Shown here: positions 10,434 to 20,631 of the stretch, piece by piece | Position numbering within the stretch: position 1 is the first letter of the stretch | How the letters are laid out: every line of letters begins with the position of its first letter | From: Polyangiaceae bacterium | GTDB lineage: Bacteria; Myxococcota_A; Polyangia; Polyangiales; Polyangiaceae | Direction of reading: 5' to 3' | Assembly: GCA_965222375.1 (NCBI GenBank) | Contig: CBDCTZ010000014.1 | Span: forward strand, 128,001-192,000 | DNA: 64,000 nucleotides | The notes under the pieces: generated by a model | Database searches by the model: none | What the model was told of the DNA's origin: nothing | The model's input: the letters and a program-made list of their open reading frames with translations, nothing else | Program-made: the position numbers and the translations under genes

Positions 10434-11570
10434 ATGAGTCGATTTGAGCGAAAGACGGGGCCTCGCCGACTTCCGAAACCACTTTGGGGCCGATTTGGCC
10501 TGGCGCTCGTCTTGGTGCTGGCCACGGCACGCTGTGGCAGCACGGACGAGTCTGCCAGCCCCAGCAGCGGCGGCGCGTCTGGCAGCGCCGGAGCGGGCGG
10601 GATGGACGCGGGCATCGACGTGGGCGTGGGCGGCTCGGCCAGCGGCGGTCAGCCGGCCACCGACGCGGGCGTCGATGCGGCTCTGTTGGGGCCACCGTAC
10701 CCGATTGTCTTGGCGCACGGTTTCTTTGGCTTCGAAGCCTTCGCGGGAGTCAACTTCGCGACCTACTTTTATCAAGTCAAGGATGACCTAGCGAAGAACG
10801 GCGAAGCCTTGGTGCTCACGCCTGCGGTGGATCCCTTCAACGATTCCCACTTCCGCGGCGCCCAACTCGAAAAGCACATCGAGGCCTTCCTGGCCCAAAC
10901 CGGACACGCCAAGGTCAACATCATTGGTCACTCTCAGGGTGGCCTCGACGCGCGCGTAGTGGCGTTCCGCAGGCCGGATCTGGTGGCGTCGGTCACAACC
11001 GTGGCCACACCCCACGGCGGAACGCCGATTGCCGACATCGTGCTGAAGATCGACCCGAACCCCAACGCCCAAGGCTTCATCGATTGGTTGGCCAAGCGGG
11101 TGGGGGCTCCGCTGTACGACGCGATTGGCAACGAGACTTCCGTGTCCAAGCCAATGTACCTCTTTTCCACAGCCGGCATCCAGAAGTTCAACGCCGAGAT
11201 CAAGGATCAACCGGCGGTCAGCTACTACTCCGTGACCGGACGCTCGGACTGGCACCTGGGAGGCAAGGACTGCAACGTGCCGGGCGCGCCGGACTTCATC
11301 GCCAAGTACAAGACCACAATCGATCCCATCGACCCGCTCTTTTCTCTGGTCGAAGAGCTGATTGACGGTGGCTTGACGGCCCCGTACCCCAACGACGGCT
11401 TGGTGCGAGTCGCCGACGCGAAGTGGGGCACATTTCTCGGCTGCGTGCCGGCGGACCACTTGGACGAAGTCGGCCAGCTATTCGGCGACGTTCCTGGCCT
11501 GGCCAACCCATGGCGGCACAAACCGTTCTATCGCGACCTCGTGAAATACCTGAGAGACCAGGGGCACTGA
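10434..11570 (+). CDS. Secreted or lipid-anchored triacylglycerol lipase (alpha/beta hydrolase)
   Basis: YPIVLAHGFFG, GHSQGG nucleophile elbow, NDGLV, DHLDEVGQ; signal ending in ARCG then a Gly-rich linker. Confidence 0.88.
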   Translation: MSRFERKTGPRRLPKPLWGRFGLALVLVLATARCGSTDESASPSSGGASGSAGAGGMDAGIDVGVGGSASGGQPATDAGVDAALLGPPYPIVLAHGFFGFEAFAGVNFATYFYQVKDDLAKNGEALVLTPAVDPFNDSHFRGAQLEKHIEAFLAQTGHAKVNIIGHSQGGLDARVVAFRRPDLVASVTTVATPHGGTPIADIVLKIDPNPNAQGFIDWLAKRVGAPLYDAIGNETSVSKPMYLFSTAGIQKFNAEIKDQPAVSYYSVTGRSDWHLGGKDCNVPGAPDFIAKYKTTIDPIDPLFSLVEELIDGGLTAPYPNDGLVRVADAKWGTFLGCVPADHLDEVGQLFGDVPGLANPWRHKPFYRDLVKYLRDQGH

Positions 11571-11693
11571 TGTCGCCTCTCGTGTAGGGCGTCATCTTCT
11601 TCGACAAGAAAGCGCATCGACGACCCCGTGGGCGCCACGGCGACGGGCGCGTGCAGTGCACCTCAAGACGGCGACGGGTGCGTACGCCGCAGC

Positions 11694-13232
11694 TCAGGAC
11701 GCCGGCGTTTCCTGGAGTAGGCGAGCGCTCCAGTAGTGAGACATGGTGATAATCGGCGTCATCGTGTGGCTCGACGCGCTAGACGGAAATCCCGACGAGT
11801 CGAAAACATAAACGCCCCGCGTGCCGTAGACCTGGCCGGCGGGGTCTATGGCGCCGTCCCGCGCCGTAGGCGCGATGCGCACGCTGCCTTGTTGATGCGC
11901 TGAAATGAAGGGCGCGGAAGCCGCGGGCAAGGCCAGGCCTGACAGGGTGTCCACTTGGTCGGGGTGGGTGAGGGTGACCGGTGGCGCAACCGGTATGACG
12001 ACACGCTCGGCGCCCGCCGCAAAGTAGATGCGAGCCGCCGCTCGAAGCGCCTCGCGGATGCGCGCCTTGTGGTTGTCGCGCTGGTGGTAGTCGATGCGTA
12101 GCCGCCCGCTACGGGAAACCCGAACGCTGCCCGAGGGGTCGTCCGGGGCAAGCAGCAGCGCTGCCGCGAGGCGATCGTATTCGGTCATGGCGGCTTTGCC
12201 GGCCGCGCCGCTGTAGGGCAGCAGGGAGCCCACCATGCCAGGCGTGCCCATCACGCCTTCGATGCGAAAGCCCCACAGCCCGTGAGCTGGGTCGTCTTCG
12301 CGTTCGAATTCGGTGACCGCGTAAGACTGGGGGATGCCGCGGAAGGCCGTCACCTTCTGGGGGAAGATCGCGGTGATCGGCAGTTGGGGCTGCAACATGA
12401 GGTGTTGCCCCACATGACGATTGCCCACTGCCGAGCGCAACAACAGTTCGGCGGAAGCGATGGCATTGGCCGCCAGGATGACCGTGCGCGCCCGGACCTC
12501 GGTGCGGCCCACCGGGCGCACTCCCTTTGCGTCCAGTATTCGGACTTGGATCCGTTTGAACTCCCTGTCTGCGTACCGAATGCGACGCGCTTGCGCGCGG
12601 GTGTAGAAACGAGCGCCGGCGGCAAGGGCGAGGGGAATGGCGACGAAGCGGGGGTTCTTCTTCGCGTTGAGCGGGCAGCCGACGAGGCACGTTCCCAGCC
12701 CAGCGCAACCAACGCGGTTGTGCATCATGGCTTCGCCGGCATAGCCAAGCTTGCGCGACCCCTGCTTCAGCAGGGCGTTGGCAGGGTTGACCTGTGCGTC
12801 GGTGATTCGGCTGGCGTGCAGATCCGCTAGAGCACGCTTTTCGTAAGGTGCGAGTTGCTCTGCGGTCAGCTCAGTGAGGCCGAACTTCTTGTTCCAGTGC
12901 TGCCACACCCCGTGGGGGATCGGCACGACGTCGCTGGCGTTGATGACGCCGCCGCCCCCCAGCACACGCCCCTGCAGCACCGTCACCGTGAGATCTGTGG
13001 TCGTGCGGCCGCCCCGGTCCATGTACAGGGCCGAGTACATCTCGCCGTCTCGCTGGGTCAGACGCTTGCCGGTGTAGTCTCCGCCCTCTTCGAGCACGAC
13101 CACGTCGCGCCCCCCTTCCGCCAACACCCGGGCCGCCGTTGCGCCGCCGGAGCCGGAGCCAATGATGCAGATGTCGCAGTCGATTTGGGGCGGTGCCGCC
13201 GCCCCGGACAGGTCGATGATCTGACCACTCAC
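11694..13232 (-). CDS. GMC-family FAD oxidoreductase
   Basis: IIGSGSGG, GRVLGGGGVIN, SAHQQGS, VYVFDSSGFPS; GTG start overlaps the upstream stop (GTGA). Confidence 0.88.
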   Translation of the reverse strand: MSGQIIDLSGAAAPPQIDCDICIIGSGSGGATAARVLAEGGRDVVVLEEGGDYTGKRLTQRDGEMYSALYMDRGGRTTTDLTVTVLQGRVLGGGGVINASDVVPIPHGVWQHWNKKFGLTELTAEQLAPYEKRALADLHASRITDAQVNPANALLKQGSRKLGYAGEAMMHNRVGCAGLGTCLVGCPLNAKKNPRFVAIPLALAAGARFYTRAQARRIRYADREFKRIQVRILDAKGVRPVGRTEVRARTVILAANAIASAELLLRSAVGNRHVGQHLMLQPQLPITAIFPQKVTAFRGIPQSYAVTEFEREDDPAHGLWGFRIEGVMGTPGMVGSLLPYSGAAGKAAMTEYDRLAAALLLAPDDPSGSVRVSRSGRLRIDYHQRDNHKARIREALRAAARIYFAAGAERVVIPVAPPVTLTHPDQVDTLSGLALPAASAPFISAHQQGSVRIAPTARDGAIDPAGQVYGTRGVYVFDSSGFPSSASSHTMTPIITMSHYWSARLLQETPAS

Positions 13233-13795
13233 TTGGGCATCCCCCACAGGGAAGGGCCGCCATAACCGATGTGCTTCCAGACCGCTGGGGTGTCGTAGAA
13301 GACGAAGGACAAGAACTTGCGAAACGCAAACGCGACTTGGCGGCGCATCAACAGGTCGCTCTCACTCCAACTGCGCCAATGCGCCTCTTGCTCGGCGACG
13401 GACAGGTTAGAGAATGTTTTCAGCCGCTTGTCGAAGAGCACCGGCCCGAACTCGAATAGAGTGAGGGCTCGGCGCAAGTCCTGGACGTTTTCGGCAGGCT
13501 CGTCGACGAGGAATTCGTCGAAGGCGCGGGCCAGATCCAAGCCTTCCGCACCTTGCTCAAAAGCGCCGCCTTCGGGCAGGTGCACGCGGGCCAAGGCCGT
13601 CAAGGTTCGGTACTCGTGAGCGCCGAGCACCGAGAGCCCCGGGACGTCCGGAGCGCTGCCTCGCAGGGCGGCCAGGCCGGAGGCGCCCAACAAGACCGCG
13701 CCTCCGGCGCCGAGGCATAGCTTCAGGTAGCGCCGGCGCGACAAGAACGCGAATGGGCCGGTCACCTCGGGATTGGGCGACTCTTGGCTTGGCAT
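13229..13795 (-). CDS. Gluconate 2-dehydrogenase subunit-3-like GMC partner with Tat-like signal
   Basis: SRRRYL Tat-like motif; C-terminal FYDTPAVWKHIGYGGP; coupled to the GMC gene. Confidence 0.7.
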   Translation of the reverse strand: MPSQESPNPEVTGPFAFLSRRRYLKLCLGAGGAVLLGASGLAALRGSAPDVPGLSVLGAHEYRTLTALARVHLPEGGAFEQGAEGLDLARAFDEFLVDEPAENVQDLRRALTLFEFGPVLFDKRLKTFSNLSVAEQEAHWRSWSESDLLMRRQVAFAFRKFLSFVFYDTPAVWKHIGYGGPSLWGMPK

Positions 13796-13952
13796 GGGTC
13801 GCCGCCATCATAGACCCGACACGCACCCAGTCGCGGATCAATTTGAGGCCAGGACCATGTAACCGATGGTGCCGCGCCGAAGCGCTAGAGCGCGTTCACC
13901 CCGATAACGATGACGTCAGGGCCGCCACATCCCCAAAAAAACCAAACGAGCG

Positions 13953-14735
13953 TCAGCCTAGCGCGATGTCGAAAGTACAGCGCTTGAGCTTGCCGCCAGC
14001 GTCCGTGTCGTCCACGAGCGCTTTGATCAGGCCGGGTTTCCAGAAGGAATCCGTGCCGAAGTTGGGGTCACCCTCGAAATAGAGCTGGGTGGTCAGGGGC
14101 TGGCCACTTGGGTGACTGACCTTGAAGTGAATGTGCCGCGGCCGGTAGTTCGCGCCGTTCAGATAGAAGCCCGGCAGGACCGTGGTGAACTCGTAGCGGC
14201 CTTGGCTATCGGTCTTCACCTTGCCCCGCAGCACGTAACCGACGTTGTCGTATTCGCCCGCTGCGTTTGCTTGCCACACATCGACTAGGGCGTTCGCTAG
14301 CGGCGTTTTGCAGTCGCAACCGTAGACGGTGCCGCCAACCATGAGTCGCTCGCCCTGCTGGCCGTCCCGAATGTCGGCTCGCTCCGGCGCACCTGCCGTG
14401 TAGAAGGGGCCAAGGATGTTGTCATCGGTGATCTTGCATCCCGGCGTCGGTTGATTGCAGGACAGGCTCGTGCCTCCGGCGCTTCCTCCGCTGCCGGCTG
14501 CGCCCGCACTTCCGGAACTGCCCGCGTTGGCGCCGGAGCCTGCGCTTGCCCCGCTGCCCGCGCTGCCACTAGCGCCGCCGGACGCGCCCTGACCGCCGGA
14601 GCCGCCGCCGGGAGTGTTGTTGCCTTCGTCGGAACCGCCGCAACCCGTCAAAACACCCGCCGTGCCCGCCAACGCGCCGAGCGCGGAACGTCGGGACAGA
14701 TGCGGGGCCTTGGAAATCGTTTTCTTCGTCTTCAC
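13953..14735 (-). CDS. Tat-exported intradiol dioxygenase-like protein
   Basis: SRRSAL signal; LGPFY, VDVWQANAAGEY, RPRHIHFKV, LTTQLYF; start approximate. Confidence 0.85.
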   Translation of the reverse strand: MKTKKTISKAPHLSRRSALGALAGTAGVLTGCGGSDEGNNTPGGGSGGQGASGGASGSAGSGASAGSGANAGSSGSAGAAGSGGSAGGTSLSCNQPTPGCKITDDNILGPFYTAGAPERADIRDGQQGERLMVGGTVYGCDCKTPLANALVDVWQANAAGEYDNVGYVLRGKVKTDSQGRYEFTTVLPGFYLNGANYRPRHIHFKVSHPSGQPLTTQLYFEGDPNFGTDSFWKPGLIKALVDDTDAGGKLKRCTFDIALG

Positions 14736-14819
14736 ACGGCAAAGCTTAGTGCCGGCGGCGCCCGCGTCCATTAGAATGAACTGTCCAGTTCGTTCGATTC
14801 TACGCAACGAAGCCGGAAC

Positions 14820-15782
14820 TCACTTCGACTTGGTGCCGCGCTTCGACCCAGCTTTCCTGGGTTTTTTCGCCTTCGCCGCGCCGAGGCGCGGGGCGCTGGT
14901 GAGGCGTGCCTCCACCTTTTCGATCACCTCCATGGTGAAGCTGGCGGTGGTGTCCTCTTCACGACAGGCCGCATAAACGTGGGTGTCGGGCACGACGTCG
15001 GGCGCGAGGCGAAACAGCCGGCCAGCTTTGACATCGGGCTGGGCTACGACGTCTGGCAGCACGCAGACGAAGCGGCCCGAAAGCGCCACCTGGTGGTTCG
15101 TCGAGAGCATCAAGATCTGAAAGCCGATCTTGCGAGACAGCTCCACGGGCCAGCTGTCCATGGGCGTACCTCGATCGCCGATGGCGGGAACGCTGAAGGG
15201 GTACTCTTGGAGATCGTCAGTGGTGACGCCTTTGCCGAAGAGCGGGTGCTTCTTTCCGCAGAACAGGGAATTCGAAAGTGACCCGATCTTACGACAACTG
15301 ATGCCGTCTTGCATGGTCGCATCGTAGTAGAACGCCGATTCGATCAACCCGTTGGCCAATTGCCGATTGGCTTCAATCGACGACAGCGTTGTGAGGCGCG
15401 GGATGACGCCGGGCCGTTGTTCGGACAGATCCAGTAGCGATGGCAGGACGAAGTAGTCCGTCAGAACACCCAAGGAGCTGAGACGGTACTCACCCGAGAA
15501 CTCGTGCTCGAGGACTTCAGTCAAAGAGCGCTCCAGGTTTCCCATCGTGAGCCGCAGCGTGCGCAGCAATCGCTCCCCAGCGGCGTTGAGGACGATGCGT
15601 CGAGAGCTGCGTACGAAGAGCTCCTCGCCCAAACCCTCCTCGATGAGGCGAATTGATCGGGAAAGCGCCGATGGGCTGATATGCAGACGCTCAGCAGCAG
15701 TTGGAAGGTGCTGCGTCTCGGCAACCACGCGGAACACCGGCAGGTACGGCCAGATGTTCGCTAGCAGCTTGTGGGATTCCAC
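14820..15782 (-). CDS. LysR-family transcriptional regulator
   Basis: AAERLHISPSALSRSIRLIEEGLGEELFVRSSRRIVLNAAG HTH. Confidence 0.92.
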   Translation of the reverse strand: MESHKLLANIWPYLPVFRVVAETQHLPTAAERLHISPSALSRSIRLIEEGLGEELFVRSSRRIVLNAAGERLLRTLRLTMGNLERSLTEVLEHEFSGEYRLSSLGVLTDYFVLPSLLDLSEQRPGVIPRLTTLSSIEANRQLANGLIESAFYYDATMQDGISCRKIGSLSNSLFCGKKHPLFGKGVTTDDLQEYPFSVPAIGDRGTPMDSWPVELSRKIGFQILMLSTNHQVALSGRFVCVLPDVVAQPDVKAGRLFRLAPDVVPDTHVYAACREEDTTASFTMEVIEKVEARLTSAPRLGAAKAKKPRKAGSKRGTKSK

Positions 15783-15791
15783 GAGGGGCGC

Positions 15792-16541
15792 TCAAAGGGT
15801 TTTCGAGTTCTTCGCGGCTTCCACGGCGCGGTCCAGCGCGCGTGGATCGAAGCCGACCAGGATCTGGCCCATGATGTCGATGATGGGAATGGACGCCGAG
15901 CGCAGATTGTGGCGCTCGAGCTTCGTCTTCATCTCCCTGTTGTAGATCTCGCTCGCCTCGACGTCTTTGTACACGACCTTCACGCCCCGGCGCTTCAGGT
16001 GGCGCTTGGCATCGTGGCAGGGCTTACACCACTCGGCGCCGTAGACGATCGCCACGACGCCGTCGGCGCCGGGGTCGATTCCCGGATCAGGCGGCCGGGG
16101 GCCTTCGGAGGCAGAAGGTGGAGGTGGTGCCAGGGCTTCCATGCGCGCCTTGCGTTTTGCGGCGCCCTTTTCGTCCCACTGGGCTCGGGTGAGGGTGCTC
16201 ACGGGGTAGCTGCCGTCGGGTCGCTTCTTGCGCAAGTCGGCGACGTAGACGTGCTCGCCCGTGCCTTCCACCTTGTTGGTGACGACGACTCGAACTGCGT
16301 CTCTGGATTTCTCGGGAACCGACGTGACCTTCTGAGTCACGTGGAAATCCCCTTTGGCATCAATCCAAGTGAGCAAGAGGTTCTCCGTGTCGTCGCGGAG
16401 CTCGAGGGGAGGCAGCTGTCCGCTCACTGGCTTGGCGCCCGTGGGGTCTGGCTTGTCGCCGGAACCCGAGCCGCAGCGACACCCGGTGGCGCCGAGTACC
16501 AGCCCGCAGATCAGCAGCAGGACACGTAGTGACCAAGCCAA
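15792..16541 (-). CDS. Exported glutaredoxin-domain protein
   Basis: Signal peptide; C-terminal YGAEWCKPC and IPIIDI...LVGFD. Confidence 0.8.
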   Translation of the reverse strand: MAWSLRVLLLICGLVLGATGCRCGSGSGDKPDPTGAKPVSGQLPPLELRDDTENLLLTWIDAKGDFHVTQKVTSVPEKSRDAVRVVVTNKVEGTGEHVYVADLRKKRPDGSYPVSTLTRAQWDEKGAAKRKARMEALAPPPPSASEGPRPPDPGIDPGADGVVAIVYGAEWCKPCHDAKRHLKRRGVKVVYKDVEASEIYNREMKTKLERHNLRSASIPIIDIMGQILVGFDPRALDRAVEAAKNSKTL

Positions 16542-16551
16542 GGCTGTGCGC

Positions 16552-17409
16552 TCATTCAGCTACGGTGGGCGGCAAGCTGTCCCGGTGGGATCGGGCGTCC
16601 CGCAACCTCTTGCCCAGCATCCGCACCGTTTCGGCAATGCCCAAGAACACGTAGACGGACAGCAACCAGATCAGCACTAGTTGCGGCTTGTAGCGTTGCC
16701 AGACGAATGCACTGGAGCCGATCACGAACAAGACGAGCAGCACGGTGCCCGGATTGAGGGACAGATCCTTGAAGGAGCGAAAACGCACATTCGAGACCAT
16801 CAATAGACTCACGGCCACGGTCACGACGAACAGCACCAGGGTATGCGGCTCCTGGCCGATGGCGCCGCCCACGGCTGAGTCCGCGACCACCAGAGAGATC
16901 AGGATGCCGGATGCCGGTGGCGTGGGCAGCCCCAACATGTACTTGCCAGGCTTGACTGGCGCTCCGCCGGGGGCGGACGAAAGCACGTTGAAGCGAGCGA
17001 GCCGGGCGGCTGCGCAGGCGACGAACATGAACGCGACGATCAGGCCGGGCAGGGGATGACGGTAGAGCACCCACTGGTAGACGAGGATTGCCGGCGCGAC
17101 TCCGAAGGAGATCATGTCTGCCAGGGAGTCCAGCTGCAGGCCGAATGCGCTTTCGGTCTTGGTGAGCCGGGCTACACGCCCGTCCAGGAGATCGAAGAGC
17201 ATCGCGAAGATGAGCAGGACCGCGGCTCGATGCAGGTCCTCGCCACCACCTTGGGCGCCCCCAGCCAGACGAATCGCATTGAAGCCGCAGAACACTGCGG
17301 CGAGGGTGATCATGTTCGGCAGCAAGAAGAGGGTCTTCTTGAGGTCGATCTTGCGCCTCAGGCGCCGCCCGACCTTCCTTTTCGCGCGTGAAAAACCCAC
17401 GGAACCCAC
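16552..17409 (-). CDS. pssA: CDP-diacylglycerol--serine O-phosphatidyltransferase
   Basis: LPNMITL and DLLDGRVARLTKTESAFGLQLDSLADMISFGVAPA; start approximate. Confidence 0.9.
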   Translation of the reverse strand: MGSVGFSRAKRKVGRRLRRKIDLKKTLFLLPNMITLAAVFCGFNAIRLAGGAQGGGEDLHRAAVLLIFAMLFDLLDGRVARLTKTESAFGLQLDSLADMISFGVAPAILVYQWVLYRHPLPGLIVAFMFVACAAARLARFNVLSSAPGGAPVKPGKYMLGLPTPPASGILISLVVADSAVGGAIGQEPHTLVLFVVTVAVSLLMVSNVRFRSFKDLSLNPGTVLLVLFVIGSSAFVWQRYKPQLVLIWLLSVYVFLGIAETVRMLGKRLRDARSHRDSLPPTVAE

Positions 17410-17517
17410 CGTAACCCCTAGAGAGAGGACCGTCCAGAAGGTGGCGGACGCGATGGCTTCGCCGGCAAAATGGCCGGATTTTTGCCTGCTTTTCCCGGTG
17501 CCTCTACGATGGGGGAG

Positions 17518-17940
17518 ATGCACCATCGCTTTGTCGCCATTTGCGCCCTCGCCACCGCCGCCGCACTCCTTTCTGGCTGCGGATCTGACAAAGACAAGAT
17601 TCAGAAACGTCTAACGGAGATGCGCGAGGAAATCACCCGCCTCCAGAACTCCCAAGACCGGGTCGGAGAGCGGCTGATGGCCCTCGAAATGCAGCAGGCC
17701 GCGCCGAAGAACACCAGCGCGAAAAAGAAGAAAGCGCCGGCGAAGGAGGAGCGGGTGGAGCGCCCCCCGCTCAAAGTCATCAAGCTGACTCCTGACGGTT
17801 CAGCCGCCGAGGCGGGCGAGCCAAAAGAGCCCGCGGACGACGACAAACCCCGCCCGACCATCAAACTTCGCGGCAAGGAAGGCGCGCTGTTCGTGCGTCC
17901 TGAAGGTGCACGACTGGCCCAGCTGCGCCAAGATCAGTGA
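17518..17940 (+). CDS. Coiled-coil lipoprotein, hypothetical
   Basis: Lipobox LSGC followed by a coiled coil. Confidence 0.7.
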   Translation: MHHRFVAICALATAAALLSGCGSDKDKIQKRLTEMREEITRLQNSQDRVGERLMALEMQQAAPKNTSAKKKKAPAKEERVERPPLKVIKLTPDGSAAEAGEPKEPADDDKPRPTIKLRGKEGALFVRPEGARLAQLRQDQ

Positions 17941-17951
17941 AAGGATCTGCC

Positions 17952-19298
17952 ATGCGACGCGCGCCCATTCTCACTGCCATCGGGATGCTGACTCTCGTCG
18001 GGTCAGCGCACGCCCAGCAGGGGCCACCCTCGGGCAGCGTGGTCGTGCCGTCCGGGAGCGGCAACGTGGTGGTGACGCCCGGGTCGACCACGGTCACTCA
18101 GACGACCGTCCCGCCTCCGGGCTATGGCGCGCCGGCACCCGGCTCAGACAACTACCTGCCATCGAGTTCCCGGGCCACGACGGACACATCGCGGTCTGCG
18201 GATGGCTTCGATCTCAACGCTCCCAGCAAAGGCGGCGTCGTTCGGGGCGGCAAAGGCTCGACGGCCATTCTGGGCAACCGCGCCATGAGTGTGCCCGCGA
18301 TCCACACCGTCAAGAAGGGCGACACCCTGTGGGACTTGAGCGGTCGCTACTACGGTAATCCCTGGAATTGGCCGAAAATCTGGAGCTACAACCCTCAGGT
18401 CACCAACCCGCATTGGATTCACCCCGGCGACCAGCTGCGCATGCGTCGCTTCGGCGATGGCCTGCGCGACAGCGCCAACCTGCTCGGCACGGGCGCCGGT
18501 GGCTTCGTCGATCGGCGTCCAGCGGTACCACGCAACACGGTGTTCCTTCGGGGTCAGGGAATGATCGATGACCCGGCGCGGGAAGTGTGGGGCGAATTGG
18601 TCGGCTCCCGGGAAGAGCAGATGCTGCTTTCCCAAGGCAACAACGTGTACTTGCAGATCAAGCCAAACCACGACGTCAAGATCGGCCAAGAGCTCACGTT
18701 GTTCCGACCGGTGCGCAAACCCGAACGCGTCAAGGGGGCCCGACGACCCCCAGGCATGATCATCGCAATCAAGGGCACGGTTCGCGTCGACCACTGGAAT
18801 GAAAAATCCCGCGTCGCCCGAGCTCGAATCATCGAGTCCACAGACGTCGTCGAGCGCGGGGCGCTGGTCGGTCCTGTCGGTCGTCGCTTCGACGTCGTGC
18901 CGCCGCGACCCGCCACGGTCAACCGCTGGGCACGCGTGCTCACCAGCATCTACCCCCACGAGATCTACGGGCAGAACCAGGTCGTGTTCATCGACCGTGG
19001 CACGGAAGATGGGCTGTCCGCGGGCAATCGCCTGTTCGTGGTGAAGAAGGGTGATGCCTGGCGTCACACGTTGAAGTCGGCCAGTAAGGCTGCACGCACC
19101 CGAGTGCGCCAAGATACTCCCGAGGCCGCGCGCACCGACTCGACGCCCTTGAAGGGCAACGAGAAGAAGTTCCCAGAAGAGGTCGTTGGTGAGCTACGCG
19201 TACTGCGCGCCAAGAAGTACAGCTCCATCGCGATGGTGACCGCATCTCACCGTGAGATCGAGCCTGGCGACCGAGCCGTTTCCCGACGCGGATACTGA
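17952..19298 (+). CDS. Exported LysM peptidoglycan-binding protein
   Basis: HTVKKGDTLWDLSGRYYGNPWNWPKIW..NPHWIHPGD. Confidence 0.88.
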   Translation: MRRAPILTAIGMLTLVGSAHAQQGPPSGSVVVPSGSGNVVVTPGSTTVTQTTVPPPGYGAPAPGSDNYLPSSSRATTDTSRSADGFDLNAPSKGGVVRGGKGSTAILGNRAMSVPAIHTVKKGDTLWDLSGRYYGNPWNWPKIWSYNPQVTNPHWIHPGDQLRMRRFGDGLRDSANLLGTGAGGFVDRRPAVPRNTVFLRGQGMIDDPAREVWGELVGSREEQMLLSQGNNVYLQIKPNHDVKIGQELTLFRPVRKPERVKGARRPPGMIIAIKGTVRVDHWNEKSRVARARIIESTDVVERGALVGPVGRRFDVVPPRPATVNRWARVLTSIYPHEIYGQNQVVFIDRGTEDGLSAGNRLFVVKKGDAWRHTLKSASKAARTRVRQDTPEAARTDSTPLKGNEKKFPEEVVGELRVLRAKKYSSIAMVTASHREIEPGDRAVSRRGY

Positions 19299-19398
19299 CG
19301 GCAGGGGCAGGCGCGCAGCTCTTGCAGAACTCGCTGCCCAACCCGTGCGTAAGGGTTTTCGGGTTTGGGGCGGACGGGGTACACTTGGCCCGAACGTC

Positions 19399-19803
19399 AT
19401 GGGGCCAAACCGCATCTTCTTTCCCCAAGACGCCCTGGACCAATGGATGGGCACTGGGCGCGTCGATTTCCTGGACGGCCAAGTGGTCATCCAAGGGGAG
19501 GGGCGTCGCTACCGCGTCGTGGAAGCAGTGCGAGTGCTGGCTGAGGTCACCGGTGGCCTGGACGAGTACGAACTCGTCGGCCGCGTGAAAAGCGTGGCCT
19601 ATCTAACGGAGTTGGGTGCGGAACTGCTGGGCACCTCCATGATCATGGGGGACCTGGCCTACGAAGTGATTCCTGGCTTCATGGGCACGCCGGTGGGAAG
19701 CTTTTCCGAGCACCGAGCGCGGAGCGCACCACCGCCTGCGAGTGCCTCGCCCACCAGCGACGAGCAGTTGCTCGCCCACTATTTGATGCAGAATTTGGAA
19801 TAG
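19399..19803 (+). CDS. Hypothetical protein
   Basis: ORF ends 6 bp before the ccsA-like gene on the same strand. Confidence 0.7.
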   Translation: MGPNRIFFPQDALDQWMGTGRVDFLDGQVVIQGEGRRYRVVEAVRVLAEVTGGLDEYELVGRVKSVAYLTELGAELLGTSMIMGDLAYEVIPGFMGTPVGSFSEHRARSAPPPASASPTSDEQLLAHYLMQNLE

Positions 19804-19809
19804 CCGCCC

Positions 19810-20631
19810 ATGACAGAACTAGCCACTGCGGCGTTCATGCTGGGCGTGGTGATGTACTCCGTCGCCACCACGCTGTTCTTCTTGGACTTGGCTCGCAAGG
19901 ACAACGCACCTCTAGCCAAGACCTGGGGGCCCGCCACTTTGGGTCTTGGTGCGCTGCTGCACGGGACTCATGTCGTGACGGCCAGCCTGCTGTCACGGAT
20001 CTGTCCGGTAGAGTCGCTGCATTTCGCACTGAGCTTGAGTGCACTGATCGCGGTCGTGGCGTTCTTGTTCATGCCCAACCGCGGCAAAATGCACGCCATT
20101 GGAGCGGTCGTTTCTCCGCTCGCATTGTCGTTCTTGGTCGGCGCCCAGTTCGTGGAGGCCCAGCCCGCAGTTGCGGGTGTGTCCCGCTGGTTGCTGGCGC
20201 TCCACATCACTTCGAACCTGCTCGGTGTCGGCTTGTTCCTGCTTGCCGGTGCGGCCGGCGTATTTTACTTGGTTCAAGAACGCCGCCTCAAAGAGAAGCG
20301 AATGACAGGGCTGGTGGCGAGGCTCCCACCCTTGGATTCCCTCGATCGCGCCGAGCACCGGCTGTTGCTCGCCGGCTTTCCGCTGCTGACCTTCGGAATC
20401 GTCACGGGTGCGGTTTTTGCGGCGCAGTTGGGAAGTGCGACGAGTGCGGAGGCGATTCGAGCAGCGCTGGGCTACGCCACCTGGATTCTGGTGGCGCTCG
20501 TGCTCGTCATGCGCGCCTTGGCCGGCTGGCGCGGTCGTCGCTCCGCCTACGGCACCCTGGCGGGGGTCCTTTGTGTCGTGCTTGTCATGCTGATCTACGT
20601 GGCGCGCTCCGGCAGCGGAGGTGCCGGGTGA
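19810..20631 (+). CDS. ccsA: Cytochrome c assembly protein (CcsA/HemX family)
   Basis: Multiple TM helices; YLVQERRLK, LPPLDSLDR, GFPLLTFGIVTG; directly upstream of hemA. Confidence 0.8.
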   Translation: MTELATAAFMLGVVMYSVATTLFFLDLARKDNAPLAKTWGPATLGLGALLHGTHVVTASLLSRICPVESLHFALSLSALIAVVAFLFMPNRGKMHAIGAVVSPLALSFLVGAQFVEAQPAVAGVSRWLLALHITSNLLGVGLFLLAGAAGVFYLVQERRLKEKRMTGLVARLPPLDSLDRAEHRLLLAGFPLLTFGIVTGAVFAAQLGSATSAEAIRAALGYATWILVALVLVMRALAGWRGRRSAYGTLAGVLCVVLVMLIYVARSGSGGAG